A stretch of DNA of 64,000 nucleotides from the NCBI GenBank assembly GCA_965248535.1, contig CBDFJR010000005.1:2368001-2432000 (forward strand), given 5' to 3'. Below, piece after piece: positions 1 to 10,704 of the stretch (its first letter is position 1; each line of letters opens with the position of its first letter). This DNA is from Phormidesmis sp. (GTDB taxonomy: Bacteria; Cyanobacteriota; Cyanobacteriia; Leptolyngbyales; Leptolyngbyaceae). The position numbers and the translations under genes are program-made. The notes beneath the pieces are model-generated. The model had not been told where the DNA came from and searched no databases. It saw nothing but the letters and a program-made list of their open reading frames with translations.

Positions 1-1278
1 TGAGTCGGGCGGCTCTGGCGGGCGAAATTGCATCAAGCGATCGAAGGTTTGCAGCTCTAGCGGTTGCATCAAGCCCAGCCCGCGAAGCAGCACGATCGCG
101 AGGGTGACCACGAGGCTAGACTGCGCGATCGTGAGAGTCTGCGATCGCGTCAGACGAGGAAATCGTGACGGACGAGGGGCAACCCAATCTGACCAGCGCG
201 ATGGCACCTCAGCCGGATTTTGACAAATGACTGGGAGCCAGGTTGCACACGGAAAATCGCCTTCTAACGATTGCAGTTTTTCGCGCGCTTCTCGAACGGC
301 AACATAGAGTGATTTATCTTGAGCAAAGCCCGATAAAAAGTGTTTGAGAAAGTCTTGGGCGACCCGATCGGGCACAAGTTCTCGCATCACGATCGTTTGA
401 GTTAGCTGCAAATCTGCTAGATCGTGGGCAAGTCCTAACCCGTCACAAGAGTTAAAGATTGCCAGTTTCAATCCATGGGCGATCGCGTTGCGCAATCCAT
501 ATTTCAACTGTTCAACTGTGATGGTGTCAGTCTGATTAATTTGGATGCAGCCTTTTTTGCGACTATCGCTATGACCTGCAAAAAATAGAATGTTCCATTC
601 CGATTGCCAAAGCTGATCTTGAACCGCTTGTAGAGTTGGTTCAATAAGCCATTTAATTTCAGCGTTGGGTAATTGCTGAAGGAGTTGTCGATCGCGATCG
701 ATTTCTATTCCGTTAGCGTTACCTAGAATGCTGAGAATCTTTACTGTTTCATGATGGGGTTTGGGTTGAATTTGTATGATCTCTGTCGATCGAGCAAACG
801 TAGACAGACTGATGGCAATTTCAGCGATCGCATAGTCAGTCAAAAAGTCCCATAGGTTCCACGGTAGCTGTAGAACTTGTAGATTATCTGCCACAATGAT
901 TAATCGAATCGCGTCTTGAGGAGAAAGTCGAGTTCTCAGCGATCGCTCGATCGATTGGAACGAAGCAACACTCAGCCATTGATTCAGATGACGCTGAAGG
1001 GTTTGACAAAGGGCGTTGAATTCTGCTAGCGAAACGCGGGTGTTATCATCCTCCTCAATATCAAAGTCTGGCAACCGCCGCAGCCCCAAATGAGCATAGA
1101 TCGCCGAGTAGTGCGATCGCCAGCGTTGATGATCTGCCACAAACTCAGGAATTGCAGGCAGACTGCCGCTAAACTGCATCGGGGTGGGATGATCGGGTTC
1201 CCAAAGCTGCGCGAACACGCTAGGGAACCCAGTTTTCCAGTGTCCTTGTCCAAAATTGAGCACAATCACAAATTCCAT
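1..1278 (-). CDS. CHAT-domain protein, probably CHAT-CHASE2 type; 3' end runs off the window
   Basis: Not in the ORF track. Manual translation from ATG 1278: MEFVIVLNFGQGHWKTGFPSVFAQLW...; contains ILFFAGHS and AIFNSCDG (CHAT His/Cys motifs). Starts 2 nt after the DUF1822 stop. CHASE2 part is inferred from typical architecture. Confidence 0.8.
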   Translation of the reverse strand, partial: MEFVIVLNFGQGHWKTGFPSVFAQLWEPDHPTPMQFSGSLPAIPEFVADHQRWRSHYSAIYAHLGLRRLPDFDIEEDDNTRVSLAEFNALCQTLQRHLNQWLSVASFQSIERSLRTRLSPQDAIRLIIVADNLQVLQLPWNLWDFLTDYAIAEIAISLSTFARSTEIIQIQPKPHHETVKILSILGNANGIEIDRDRQLLQQLPNAEIKWLIEPTLQAVQDQLWQSEWNILFFAGHSDSRKKGCIQINQTDTITVEQLKYGLRNAIAHGLKLAIFNSCDGLGLAHDLADLQLTQTIVMRELVPDRVAQDFLKHFLSGFAQDKSLYVAVREAREKLQSLEGDFPCATWLPVICQNPAEVPSRWSDWVAPRPSRFPRLTRSQTLTIAQSSLVVTLAIVLLRGLGLMQPLELQTFDRLMQFRPPEPPDS

Positions 1279-1280
1279 GA

Positions 1281-2432
1281 CTACACCACAAAAGGTAGGA
1301 TGAGGGTGTCAGCGGCGATTGCAAGCTCTATGGTAAAGCGAGTCGCGATCGGGCATTTAAACCGTTTTAGTTGAATGAGATTGTCTTGATCGGTCGCTTC
1401 AACTGTTTGGATCATTTCACCCGCAGCCGATCCCGATCGCAGCGTTAGTTGCAGTCCGCTCGGCAGCGTAGACTGTGGATCAGCCGATCGAAGCTGAAGG
1501 CGAATAGTGAGGCGATCGGGGGAATCTGGATCGAGTTGTACGATTAACAGCAGCGATCGTTGATTGAGATCGACTACTTTGACGCGCTGAACAGAGGTTG
1601 GTGCAGTTTCAGCCCCTTGTCTAAAACTATAGGCAAGCGCATTGTTGTAATCAAACAAACTCTCTAGGCTCTGCCAACCCGCGTCAAAACTCTGCTGTAG
1701 CCAACGGCTAAGATTGACCAAAGGAGCCTTCTCTCGGCGTTGAAGATTGACTAAGCGATCGCGCCACTCAGCTTGCTCGACCAATGCGCCCCATTGGGCA
1801 AACGGCAGCACCAAGCGAGGCTCAATCACTAATGGATTCGCCAACTGCTGCAAGAGCGTTTCTGCTTGGGTGGTGGTGATTGGATTGAGCGGCGCAACGG
1901 TTGAGCGAGTCACTTCATTTAGTCCTGCCTGCTGCGCGACCCAAAACACGCTGATATCTCGAATCAGATAGGCAGCATCTAGTGAGTAAGTGCGATCGTC
2001 GGCATTATAGGTTCCCAGGGTTTTAATCTGGGCGTGAGTGGTATATCCCCAGATCCGCAGCGTTGACTCATCAGGATCGATTTGAACTGCAAAATAATAG
2101 TCCCCAATCCAACTCGACAAATCCATCCATTCTTGAGAGACTCGCAGTTCAGACGTGTCGATCGAGCAAGTGGGAATCAGAATTAATCGGCAGTCATCCC
2201 AGACGATCGAGGTTCCCTTGACCAGTTGCCAAGCCGACGTGAGTTGCGAACCTGATAACCCGCTTTGAGCCTGAGGCACATACTCAGCTTGAATCCAGGG
2301 CAACACGGTCTGCAAACAGACTGGATTGAGATAAACACTCCAAGCCTGCCCCTCAAGTTGCCTCCACGCCGCCTCTTGCACAGAGGCAGAAATCTCTAAA
2401 TTCAGATCAGTCAGACACTCTAAAAAAGTCAT
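1281..2432 (-). CDS. DUF1822 family protein
   Basis: ELRVSQEWMDLSSWIGDYYFAVQI...LRIWGYTTH and VNLSRWLQQSFDAGWQSLE motifs; directly after the sigma-like gene. Confidence 0.85.
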   Translation of the reverse strand: MTFLECLTDLNLEISASVQEAAWRQLEGQAWSVYLNPVCLQTVLPWIQAEYVPQAQSGLSGSQLTSAWQLVKGTSIVWDDCRLILIPTCSIDTSELRVSQEWMDLSSWIGDYYFAVQIDPDESTLRIWGYTTHAQIKTLGTYNADDRTYSLDAAYLIRDISVFWVAQQAGLNEVTRSTVAPLNPITTTQAETLLQQLANPLVIEPRLVLPFAQWGALVEQAEWRDRLVNLQRREKAPLVNLSRWLQQSFDAGWQSLESLFDYNNALAYSFRQGAETAPTSVQRVKVVDLNQRSLLLIVQLDPDSPDRLTIRLQLRSADPQSTLPSGLQLTLRSGSAAGEMIQTVEATDQDNLIQLKRFKCPIATRFTIELAIAADTLILPFVV

Positions 2433-2434
2433 CG

Positions 2435-3649
2435 TTATTGCTCCGAAGCGTGATTTGCCGAGGCGCGATCGTCAGAGTCATGACTAGCGTAATAGTGACG
2501 AAGCCACTCGTCTAACTCAGCCCCCATTCCTTTGATCACGTTGGAACTGACCGAAATATGTAAGGTCTCCTGACTCCAATGCACTAATTTGAGCAATAAT
2601 TGTTCTCGTGTTTTAGACAATCTGCGAGAAATCGTATATTGCTGCATCTCAAGCTCGTGGGCAATTTGCTGCTGGGTAAGCTGCTGCTGATAATAAAGGG
2701 CTAATAGTTTCTGAGTCACGGCATCTAGCGAAGCCACACTCTCTGCTAGCACCTGAGACATCTCGCGGCGCTGAGTCTGACGCTGCTGAGTGTCTTCTTC
2801 AGCAATCAGCTTCTCTAACAGCGAGGTGTGGTCATGGACTAAATCATCCTGCCACTGTCCCGATTCACGATCGCCCTTGGGTGCATTGAGTGAGGCCACA
2901 GTGGGATAAGCGCTGCTTCGCACCCGACTGGCACAATAGAGCAGCCAGCGCTCTAGCTCAACCGCAGTCGTCACCGACCCGTCGGGCAACCGTGACTGAT
3001 GATAGCGATCGACGATGACGTGCCAAGTTTTGGGGTCAGGGGCAGTCGATCGCCGCAAACCCAGCGTTTTTGCAGGTTTATAGCTGGCTTCAAAACAGTG
3101 CCACGCCAGCACAAGCTGATCAATTCTCACGCTGTTTAGCCCTTCTTGCTGCAAGACTTCGATCAAGCGCTTGCGGCTGAGTTTGAGCAACAGCCCCCAC
3201 TCGCTGCACAGGTCGATTTCGCGCCGTTGTCGTAGCCAGTCGCGCACCACGTTGCCAAAAGCGCTACTGGCATAGGTTTTCAGCGTTGCCCGACCGCTGA
3301 CTTCACAGGCTGCGAGAATTTTGGGAACCGCCGCGATCGCGATTTGAAAAAAGTCTGAGATCTGACTGCCTCGTTGAGAATGAATGATTTTTTGCACACT
3401 CCAATAGCACGCTTCTTGCAAATAGGCAGAGAGATGCCCAACTGCCAGAGATCGTTGCCCCTCTGCTTCTGATTGAGCGCATTGGTGCCAATATCGCTCC
3501 CAAAAATCGGCGGCTACCTCTGGGCGACTTTGCATCTGAGTCTTGATACTGCGCTGAAGTTTTGCATCCACACTCCAGCGAGTCGCCACGTTCGATTCAA
3601 ACTGAAGAAACGTTGAAAACAGGTCGGGGATGCTCTGACGAGGACGCAT
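2435..3649 (-). CDS. cyanobacterial sigma-70 family RNA polymerase sigma-factor-like protein
   Basis: HLSAYLQEACYW region, C-terminal region-4 HTH (LTQQQIAHELEMQQYTISRRL). Confidence 0.8.
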   Translation of the reverse strand: MRPRQSIPDLFSTFLQFESNVATRWSVDAKLQRSIKTQMQSRPEVAADFWERYWHQCAQSEAEGQRSLAVGHLSAYLQEACYWSVQKIIHSQRGSQISDFFQIAIAAVPKILAACEVSGRATLKTYASSAFGNVVRDWLRQRREIDLCSEWGLLLKLSRKRLIEVLQQEGLNSVRIDQLVLAWHCFEASYKPAKTLGLRRSTAPDPKTWHVIVDRYHQSRLPDGSVTTAVELERWLLYCASRVRSSAYPTVASLNAPKGDRESGQWQDDLVHDHTSLLEKLIAEEDTQQRQTQRREMSQVLAESVASLDAVTQKLLALYYQQQLTQQQIAHELEMQQYTISRRLSKTREQLLLKLVHWSQETLHISVSSNVIKGMGAELDEWLRHYYASHDSDDRASANHASEQ

Positions 3650-3659
3650 GACAAAAACC

Positions 3660-4982
3660 TCACCACGGATTTCCTACTAGCGTAAAGGCTGCCCAGTGAT
3701 AAGGGTGAGATATGTTTGTACTGGATGCAGTCGCTTGGCTCGGCAAATCTTTGAGATGCAGTTGATTATGCAGCATTTCAAGCTGGGCGAGCCTGAGGGC
3801 TTCTGCCTTAATCGTCGCGGTTTTGAGATGCCGATAAAACGCCTGCATGAGCAATGGAGTGCTGAGATCACTGACTGACCAGAGAGACGCGATCGCGGCT
3901 TTACTCCCGGCTTGCACCGCTAGACCTGCAAACCCTAGCTCGGCGTTGCGATCGCCCAAGGCCGTTCGACAAGCGCTCAACACTAAAAGCTGCACGGGCG
4001 GCTGCTGCAATCCTAATTCTTGAAACTGATCGAGGCGAAGCTGTTGATTCCAGAACTGAATGTAAGAGCGATCGACGGTTCCAGCAGCAAACTCGGCGTG
4101 AGTCGCAAAATGCACAATGCTATAGGGAAAGCTGGCTCTCTGCTCCCGCAGATTTTTGAGCGTAAAGGCTTGATTGAGCAATTGTCTACCGCTCCAGGGC
4201 GGTTGGGTGATGGCCGCGAGTTCGAGGGGCACACCGGGCAGATCGGTCTGATGGTCAAACGTTGAGGCTCCCATTGCCAACACTTGAGTTTGAGAGGTGT
4301 TGCGGGCCGTGCGATCGAGCAAATTAAATGCGGGAATGATTGCCAGTTGGTAGGTCTCAATTAAGAACCGCTTTCCGTCGTGCAGTGCGGCGAGCGGAAG
4401 ACTTCGCAGCCCGCTTCCTAAGCAAAAAATCAATAGATCGGCGTTCCCTAAGTCTGCGGCAATAGAGCCAACCAGCCATTGATAGAGTTGTTGCCCTGGC
4501 TCAAGATATTCATCGGGCTGTGAGTCGGGACGCAGAATGCCCATGCGAAATGTCTGAATCGTCTCCCGCAATCGCACCGGATTGGCGGCGGGCACTTCTC
4601 GTCGAATCAGTTTTCCAGACTCTAAAACGAGAATCAGATCTAAGCGATCGGGCTGGGGAATGGCGTAGATCAGCGCAGCATGATGCTTTGTCTCTTGATT
4701 GATCTGGGCCAGCGATCGGGCAATCTGATCTGCTGGAACAATCTCGCTCGTGATTTTTCCCTGAAAGTAGTCTTCAAACTGCCGTTTCCAGCGTTGCTCA
4801 ACCTGCTCGATCGTGGTTGCAATCTCCGTGGTTGCAATCTCAGATGATGGCAAAACAGAGGGCGACACAACAGGCAGATCGTAGGAGTCTGACCCCGATT
4901 GAGCCGTTCCACTCTGAGCCAACATTGCTGCAAAAAGGCAAATCGACAGTGCTAGCAATACCCAAAATTGGAGTTTTCGCAT
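3660..4982 (-). CDS. CHAT-domain protein with N-terminal signal peptide
   Basis: Hydrophobic N-terminus; LPLAALHDG, HFATHA, LVLSACRTA, HPYHWAAFTLVGNPW. Confidence 0.9.
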   Translation of the reverse strand: MRKLQFWVLLALSICLFAAMLAQSGTAQSGSDSYDLPVVSPSVLPSSEIATTEIATTIEQVEQRWKRQFEDYFQGKITSEIVPADQIARSLAQINQETKHHAALIYAIPQPDRLDLILVLESGKLIRREVPAANPVRLRETIQTFRMGILRPDSQPDEYLEPGQQLYQWLVGSIAADLGNADLLIFCLGSGLRSLPLAALHDGKRFLIETYQLAIIPAFNLLDRTARNTSQTQVLAMGASTFDHQTDLPGVPLELAAITQPPWSGRQLLNQAFTLKNLREQRASFPYSIVHFATHAEFAAGTVDRSYIQFWNQQLRLDQFQELGLQQPPVQLLVLSACRTALGDRNAELGFAGLAVQAGSKAAIASLWSVSDLSTPLLMQAFYRHLKTATIKAEALRLAQLEMLHNQLHLKDLPSQATASSTNISHPYHWAAFTLVGNPW

Positions 4983-5239
4983 TGCATTTAGACGGCAAGT
5001 CTAAGAATAGAGCTACGTCATATTCTATCTGAAGGGTTTTCACCGTGGTGAATTCAAACACAATTATTCAGCGATCGCTCTGAAGGAACAAAAATATAGG
5101 ACAGCAAAAACGTCCTAACGCCAATCGCAATCACCTCTCAGACTGAATTTGCTTGATAATCCTAGAAGTATTTGAACAGCATTCCAGATGCGATCGCGAT
5201 TCTAAAATTCAAAACTAAGAACAGTCAACCTGTTAAGGA

Positions 5240-6622
5240 TCAAATGGGTAACGTAATAAAAAATTCTGTTCCCGTTCCGAGTTCAGATACACAATCAATC
5301 ATTCCACCATGTTTTTCTACAATAATTTGGCGACTGATCGGCAATCCTAATCCTGTTCCTTTTCCGACAGGTTTTGTTGTAAAGGACGGTTCAAAAATAT
5401 GGGACTGAATCTCAGGAGGCATTCCCGCTCCGCTATCTTTAATCTGAATCGTAATCTGATCTTTTGAAGCGCTCACTGTAGTAGTGATGAGAATGTTGGT
5501 AGATGCACCAATTTCTTGATAAGAAAGACCGTGAATTGTATCTTCGATCGCGTCAATAGCGTTGGCAATTATGTTCATAAACACCTGATTAAGTTGCCCC
5601 GGATAGCACCTAATCGGCGGCAAATCTCCAAACCGTTTGATGACTTGAATCTCTGGATGACGATCGCAGGCTTTTGTGCGATGTTTGAGCAGCATTAGTG
5701 TGCTCTCAATGCCTTCATGAATTTGAAACTCAGTTTTGGCTGAAATATCCGATCGAGCAAAAGTGCGTAACGACAAACTAATATCTCTCAGACGATTGAT
5801 CCCTTCTTGCATCGACACAAGCAGATTCGGCACATCTTCTATTAAATAGTCTAAATCAATTTCTTGAGTTAAATCGATGAGTTCTGGATCGGGATTTTGT
5901 AGCTTTGCTTGATATAAATTCAATAAATTAAGTAAGTCTCTTGTATAGTCTGTAACGTGCAAAAGATTACCGCTAATAAAATTAATTGGGTTGTTAATTT
6001 CATGACCAATGCCAGAGATTAACTCACCTAATGTAGACATCTTCTCACTTTGAATGAGTTGTAATTGAGTTTGACCTAGCTTTTGCATTGAGTCGGTTAG
6101 AGCAGCGGTGCGTTCGTCAACACGGCGTTCTAGCTCTTGGGCTAACTGTTGTAGTTGAGCCTCTGTCTCTGCCTGTTGAACTATTTTTTGCTGTAGTGAC
6201 TCATTTTTTTGTTCAAGGGCCTGAGCCAGCTTAGAAAGTTTTAAATGCAGCTTAATTCGAGCAATTACTTCTTCTTGTTGAAAAGGTTTAGTGATGTAAT
6301 CAACGGCCCCAAGTTCTAACCCTTTAACCTTATCAACGGCATCAGATAAAGCCGTCATAAAAATAACCGGAATCGCTTGTGTAGAAGCCCTAGCTTGAAG
6401 ATGCTGACAGGTTTCAAACCCATTCATGCCGGGCATCATCACATCTAACAAAATCAGGTCGGGGTGAGCATAGTCTGCTTGTTCGATCGCTGATTCACCA
6501 TCGGCAGCAACGAGCGTCATCCAGCCCTGTCCTCGAATCGCTTCAGCCAGCACTTTCAGGTTAGTCGGGTTGTCATCAACGAGCAGAATGCGGCTTGTGG
6601 TCAACTGAGCATCAGACATCAT
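5240..6622 (-). CDS. hybrid response regulator/histidine kinase (REC-HisKA-HATPase)
   Basis: ILLVDD...DVMMP receiver; GHEINNP H-box; GKGTGLGL. Confidence 0.92.
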   Translation of the reverse strand: MMSDAQLTTSRILLVDDNPTNLKVLAEAIRGQGWMTLVAADGESAIEQADYAHPDLILLDVMMPGMNGFETCQHLQARASTQAIPVIFMTALSDAVDKVKGLELGAVDYITKPFQQEEVIARIKLHLKLSKLAQALEQKNESLQQKIVQQAETEAQLQQLAQELERRVDERTAALTDSMQKLGQTQLQLIQSEKMSTLGELISGIGHEINNPINFISGNLLHVTDYTRDLLNLLNLYQAKLQNPDPELIDLTQEIDLDYLIEDVPNLLVSMQEGINRLRDISLSLRTFARSDISAKTEFQIHEGIESTLMLLKHRTKACDRHPEIQVIKRFGDLPPIRCYPGQLNQVFMNIIANAIDAIEDTIHGLSYQEIGASTNILITTTVSASKDQITIQIKDSGAGMPPEIQSHIFEPSFTTKPVGKGTGLGLPISRQIIVEKHGGMIDCVSELGTGTEFFITLPI

Positions 6623-9399
6623 GAGAGTGAGCCTATAGTTGAAAATGACTTCAGAAATTTGCGAATTTTACCTGTCTGATACTCTGCGGTGAGTTTGCTA
6701 AGTTCAGTCGTGAACCCTTTGAACTGATGATTTCTCGCGGTCATGTCTCTTAGAATGCCCTCGATCGTTTGCACATCTCCCATCATGGCCAGATGATAAA
6801 GCTGATCGATAACCGCTTGGTCAGGAAGAATCATTTCGTCAGCGGTAACTGCAACGTCAATGCGTTGAGAATCATAAATCCACTCAAGTTTTAACAGAGT
6901 TTGCAACGTGTCTAACAACGTCTCAGCCTGCAAAGGTTTTGCCAAAAAGATGTCTGCACCTGTCTGCAAGCTACGCTGGTGATCAGCCTCAAAAGCGCTG
7001 GCGCTCACCACCACGATCGACAGGGAATTTGTTTGCGGATTGTCTCGAAGATGATGGATTAGTTCAAAACCGTCCATCACAGGCATCGAGAGATCTAGAA
7101 TCACCGCATCGGGCTGATTTGTTAGGGCAGCAGTGAGTCCTTGTTGACCATCATCAGCTTCAAAAACGTGAAATCCCAGGCTCTGTAGTAGGGTAGCCAG
7201 ACCCGATCGGTGATTGAGATCGTCATCGACAATGAGAATCCGAGGCACAACGTGCTGAATGCCGATAATTTTTTGGCGATCGGGCACCGTTGTCAAGTCG
7301 TCCCAATCGTGCGAGATCGGCATGTTTAGATCAATCGAGAAGACACTTCCTTCTCCCAGTCGGCTCTGAACGGTGATTTGACTAGCCATCTGAGCAACGA
7401 TCTTGTGGCTAATTGCCAGCCCTAATCCCGTTCCCTCCGCTTTGCGTCTCGCGTCTCCCGCTTGCTCAAACGGCAAAAAGATTTTTCCCACCTGTTCAGG
7501 TGAAATGCCGACTCCGGTGTCTTCAACTTGAAATTGCAGTTTACACGTCGATGAGTCAACTTGTTCAACCAGCAGCACCCGAAAGGTAACGCTGCCCTGA
7601 TCCGTGAACTTGATGGCGTTTCCTAATAAGTTGATCAACACCTGCCGCAATCGCTTTTCATCCGTCAGAATGCCAGAGGGCAAGCGATCGCTGAATGCCG
7701 CTTCAAACCCAATCCCTTTCTGTTCAGCGCGAATTCGACAAATCTCAGTCACTCCCTTCAAAAAGACTGGCAAATGAACTGGAATCGGCTGCAACTCTAA
7801 CTTACGCGCCTCAATTTTTGACAGATCTAAAACGTCATTAATCAACATCAGCAAGTGAGAACCGCACTGATGAATGATGCCGATTCCTTCTAAATCTTTG
7901 GGAGCCAGCGTTGGCGATCGCTCTAAAACTTGGGCATAGCCGAGAATGCCGTTGAGCGGAGTGCGAAGTTCATGACTCATGTTCGCTAAAAATTCGCTCT
8001 TTGCCTGATTAGCTGAATCCGCTAATTGCTTGGCTTTTACCAATTCATGAGTCCGTTCTTCGACCTTGACTTCTAGATTTTTAGAGTAGTCGAGTAGCTG
8101 ACTGTTGGCTGCTTCTAATCGGCGATTTGCGTCTTCTAAATGTTGCTGTTTGTGAGCCAGCGTTGTGGCGATGATACTGCCCAAAAACGACACCATAACT
8201 GGAGTCATTGGCACCAGCGCATGGTTCAAAAACAATCCATAGACTCCACTACTCATGCTCACTCCGGCTCCCACCGTTGCCCAGAGAATCTTGCCCCCCG
8301 GAATGCGGCTTTTGCGACCACCCGCTAGCCACCAACTGCCGACCGATCCAATTAACGATCCCAGCACAATCCAACCAGTTTGCTCACCGCCTGAGAAAGC
8401 CCTCAAATTTTGCTGTCCTACCTTAGCTGATTGCACCAGATGATAGGCAATATTGGCGTGAACTACCACACCCGGAGTCGGCTTTTGAGCCGAAACCCAG
8501 GAAGAACTGTAGGGAGTGCTGAAAAAATCATTGGTGCTGGCAGCGATCGAGCCAATCAACACCATGCGATCGTGCATCACCTCCGCCGGAACTCGACCCG
8601 CCAAAACGTCGCGCATTGCCACCGTCCGAAATGCTTTTTCTGAGCCGTGCCAGTTGAGAAGAACTTGATAACCGCCTAAATCAGCCTCAGAATATCCAGC
8701 TTCTTGGGGCTTTAATGGCATGTACACTGATTTTCCTAGTCGAAACGTTTGCTGATGGGGATCAACACTTTCTAGCGTTATGCCGTCGGCTTCGAGATAT
8801 TTGAGGGCAACGCTAGCTGCAAGTCCGGCTTTGAGGGTGCCTTGCTCTTTGGTGTCTTCCGCCGTCAGCAGGGCACGACGAATATGGCGATCGCCGTCCA
8901 ATACTAAATCCGCTATTGCGACCTGATCGAGCTTTTTTAGCTCAGGGGGCGGACTGACGCGATCGCCCGTAATTTTCTCAACTCCAATCAAATTTGGAGT
9001 TGTTTTAAACACGCTCACAAGCTTTTCATGACCCGTTCCTTCGGGTAAGTCTCGATAGAGGTCAAGCCCGATCGCTCTCGGCTTCTGCGCCCGAATTTTT
9101 TCTATCAACTCAGCCAGCGCCCAATCAGGAATCGGCCACTTCTGCACGGATTGAATATCTTGCTCATCAATCGTCACCACCACGATAGAGTCGGCAAAGG
9201 TCTCTGAAGAGCGCAACCGAAACAACTCATCTCGTGCTTTCCACTCTAATAAATTAAAGAGTCCTAACGACTGACCTGCCATCACCGTCAACGCCACACT
9301 GGGAGCCACAATCAAGATGCTGCGGTTGCGATAAAAAAAGGTTTTGAGTGTTCGCCACATAGAATTGATATCAGCAGATAGGGGCAGGTTAGCGGGCAT
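6619..9399 (-). CDS. CHASE2-domain hybrid sensor histidine kinase with C-terminal receiver
   Basis: [11 protein letters not shown]...AIGLDLYRD (CHASE2), TM helices, [16 protein letters not shown], receiver. Confidence 0.92.
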   Translation of the reverse strand: MPANLPLSADINSMWRTLKTFFYRNRSILIVAPSVALTVMAGQSLGLFNLLEWKARDELFRLRSSETFADSIVVVTIDEQDIQSVQKWPIPDWALAELIEKIRAQKPRAIGLDLYRDLPEGTGHEKLVSVFKTTPNLIGVEKITGDRVSPPPELKKLDQVAIADLVLDGDRHIRRALLTAEDTKEQGTLKAGLAASVALKYLEADGITLESVDPHQQTFRLGKSVYMPLKPQEAGYSEADLGGYQVLLNWHGSEKAFRTVAMRDVLAGRVPAEVMHDRMVLIGSIAASTNDFFSTPYSSSWVSAQKPTPGVVVHANIAYHLVQSAKVGQQNLRAFSGGEQTGWIVLGSLIGSVGSWWLAGGRKSRIPGGKILWATVGAGVSMSSGVYGLFLNHALVPMTPVMVSFLGSIIATTLAHKQQHLEDANRRLEAANSQLLDYSKNLEVKVEERTHELVKAKQLADSANQAKSEFLANMSHELRTPLNGILGYAQVLERSPTLAPKDLEGIGIIHQCGSHLLMLINDVLDLSKIEARKLELQPIPVHLPVFLKGVTEICRIRAEQKGIGFEAAFSDRLPSGILTDEKRLRQVLINLLGNAIKFTDQGSVTFRVLLVEQVDSSTCKLQFQVEDTGVGISPEQVGKIFLPFEQAGDARRKAEGTGLGLAISHKIVAQMASQITVQSRLGEGSVFSIDLNMPISHDWDDLTTVPDRQKIIGIQHVVPRILIVDDDLNHRSGLATLLQSLGFHVFEADDGQQGLTAALTNQPDAVILDLSMPVMDGFELIHHLRDNPQTNSLSIVVVSASAFEADHQRSLQTGADIFLAKPLQAETLLDTLQTLLKLEWIYDSQRIDVAVTADEMILPDQAVIDQLYHLAMMGDVQTIEGILRDMTARNHQFKGFTTELSKLTAEYQTGKIRKFLKSFSTIGSLS

Positions 9400-9407
9400 T
9401 TAAACAG

Positions 9408-9445
9408 GATCGGGTGCGTTGTGAATTGTCTTAACGCACCCGATC
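9408..9445. repeat. perfect 13-bp inverted repeat (GATCGGGTGCGTT-N12-AACGCACCCGATC)
   Basis: Read directly; intergenic between DUF928 and the CHASE2 kinase. Confidence 0.75.
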
Positions 9446-9497
9446 GCCATCATCCTTTTAGCCTCTGGGGTGTCTCAATCGACTGAGAAAGCTAGGG

Positions 9498-10556
9498 CTA
9501 ATGAGCCGAGATCACCAAGGGTGCTTGAGCGATCTCCTTTAAGCCCACTGACGATAGAAGCTCAGACCAATCTTTAGCGAGGGCGGCACTGTTTGACTGA
9601 GTGGCTCTTAGGGTCGCTAAGGTGGCTACGCAGTCATACCACACGCCGTTGGCACCTAGAGCAGTCGCTTGTTTGAGCACATCGGGCTGTTTGAGCGCAG
9701 AGGCTAGCGCAGCACCCGGCTGAATCCGGCGAACCCAACCATTGACATAGGGCGTGCTGGGGCTGAGTTTTCCATCAACTTTCAGCGCTAAGAACCACTG
9801 ATAGTTTTTTCCTATCTCTAAAGCTAGAGCCTCGGCAGGAAGTTTGACCGCCATGATTCCTGTCTGACCTGACACAGGCACCGTCATTTGAGTGTGGGTG
9901 TTTCCGGCTTCATCTTTGAGACTGAAGACTGCTTCCTTGGCGATCGAGGCGGGGAGATAAACCAAAATCGTCGGATGGGCAGACACTGTAGTGCCATAGA
10001 AGGTTTGGGGCAAAACCGCAATCATTGCCAGGGGAGTGTCTGATTTTGAACCCGCGATCGCGGCTGCATTGAGCGGATAGTTCCCCACTCGCGATGCCCC
10101 CCCTGATCCTTGGCTCGGCGCACCATTGCCCGCTGCTGGAGTGAACACTTGCCCCCGTGATGCCCCCCCTGATCCTTGACTCGGAGCGCCATTGCCCGCT
10201 GCTGGAGTGAACACTTGCCCTCGCGATGCGCCCCCCATTGAGCCGTGGGGCGATCGCTGTCCCGAAGTCGGAGTAAACAGGCTACCCCGTGAGGCTCCAC
10301 CCGTCGATTGAACGGGCACAGCATTTTTAGCAGCAGGTGAAAAGAGCACCATTCCCCGTGATGCCCCCCCTGTCGATTGACTCGGAGCACCGCCCCCCGA
10401 TGGTGGTGTAAAGGTAACCGCTTGGGCATTTCCGACTGAAATGAATGCACTAGTGGCAATCAGGGCAATGCCTAAAGAAAACTGGTTGGTCATCTTCTGG
10501 AGATTGGCAGCGCCGATTGCACTTAACCGATTTGTTAACCCTGGATATTTCATCAT
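9498..10556 (-). CDS. DUF928 domain protein with five N-terminal GGASR repeats
   Basis: TVSAHPTILVYLP, LEIGKNYQW, GWVRRI, GVWYD, WSELLSSVGL motifs; signal-like N-terminus. Confidence 0.88.
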   Translation of the reverse strand: MMKYPGLTNRLSAIGAANLQKMTNQFSLGIALIATSAFISVGNAQAVTFTPPSGGGAPSQSTGGASRGMVLFSPAAKNAVPVQSTGGASRGSLFTPTSGQRSPHGSMGGASRGQVFTPAAGNGAPSQGSGGASRGQVFTPAAGNGAPSQGSGGASRVGNYPLNAAAIAGSKSDTPLAMIAVLPQTFYGTTVSAHPTILVYLPASIAKEAVFSLKDEAGNTHTQMTVPVSGQTGIMAVKLPAEALALEIGKNYQWFLALKVDGKLSPSTPYVNGWVRRIQPGAALASALKQPDVLKQATALGANGVWYDCVATLATLRATQSNSAALAKDWSELLSSVGLKEIAQAPLVISAH

Positions 10557-10704
10557 GATTTTGCTGAGGAGAAAAGGTCAGGGTCAAATGGTTTCCCAAG
10601 TTTGACCCTCAATTCATCCTAGAGAGGTGAGTCTAGAATTCTCTGAGAAGGTTTGCGTATCTTTTGACTCTGGGAGCCGTAGTATCACTGAAATTTAAGT
10701 AGCT

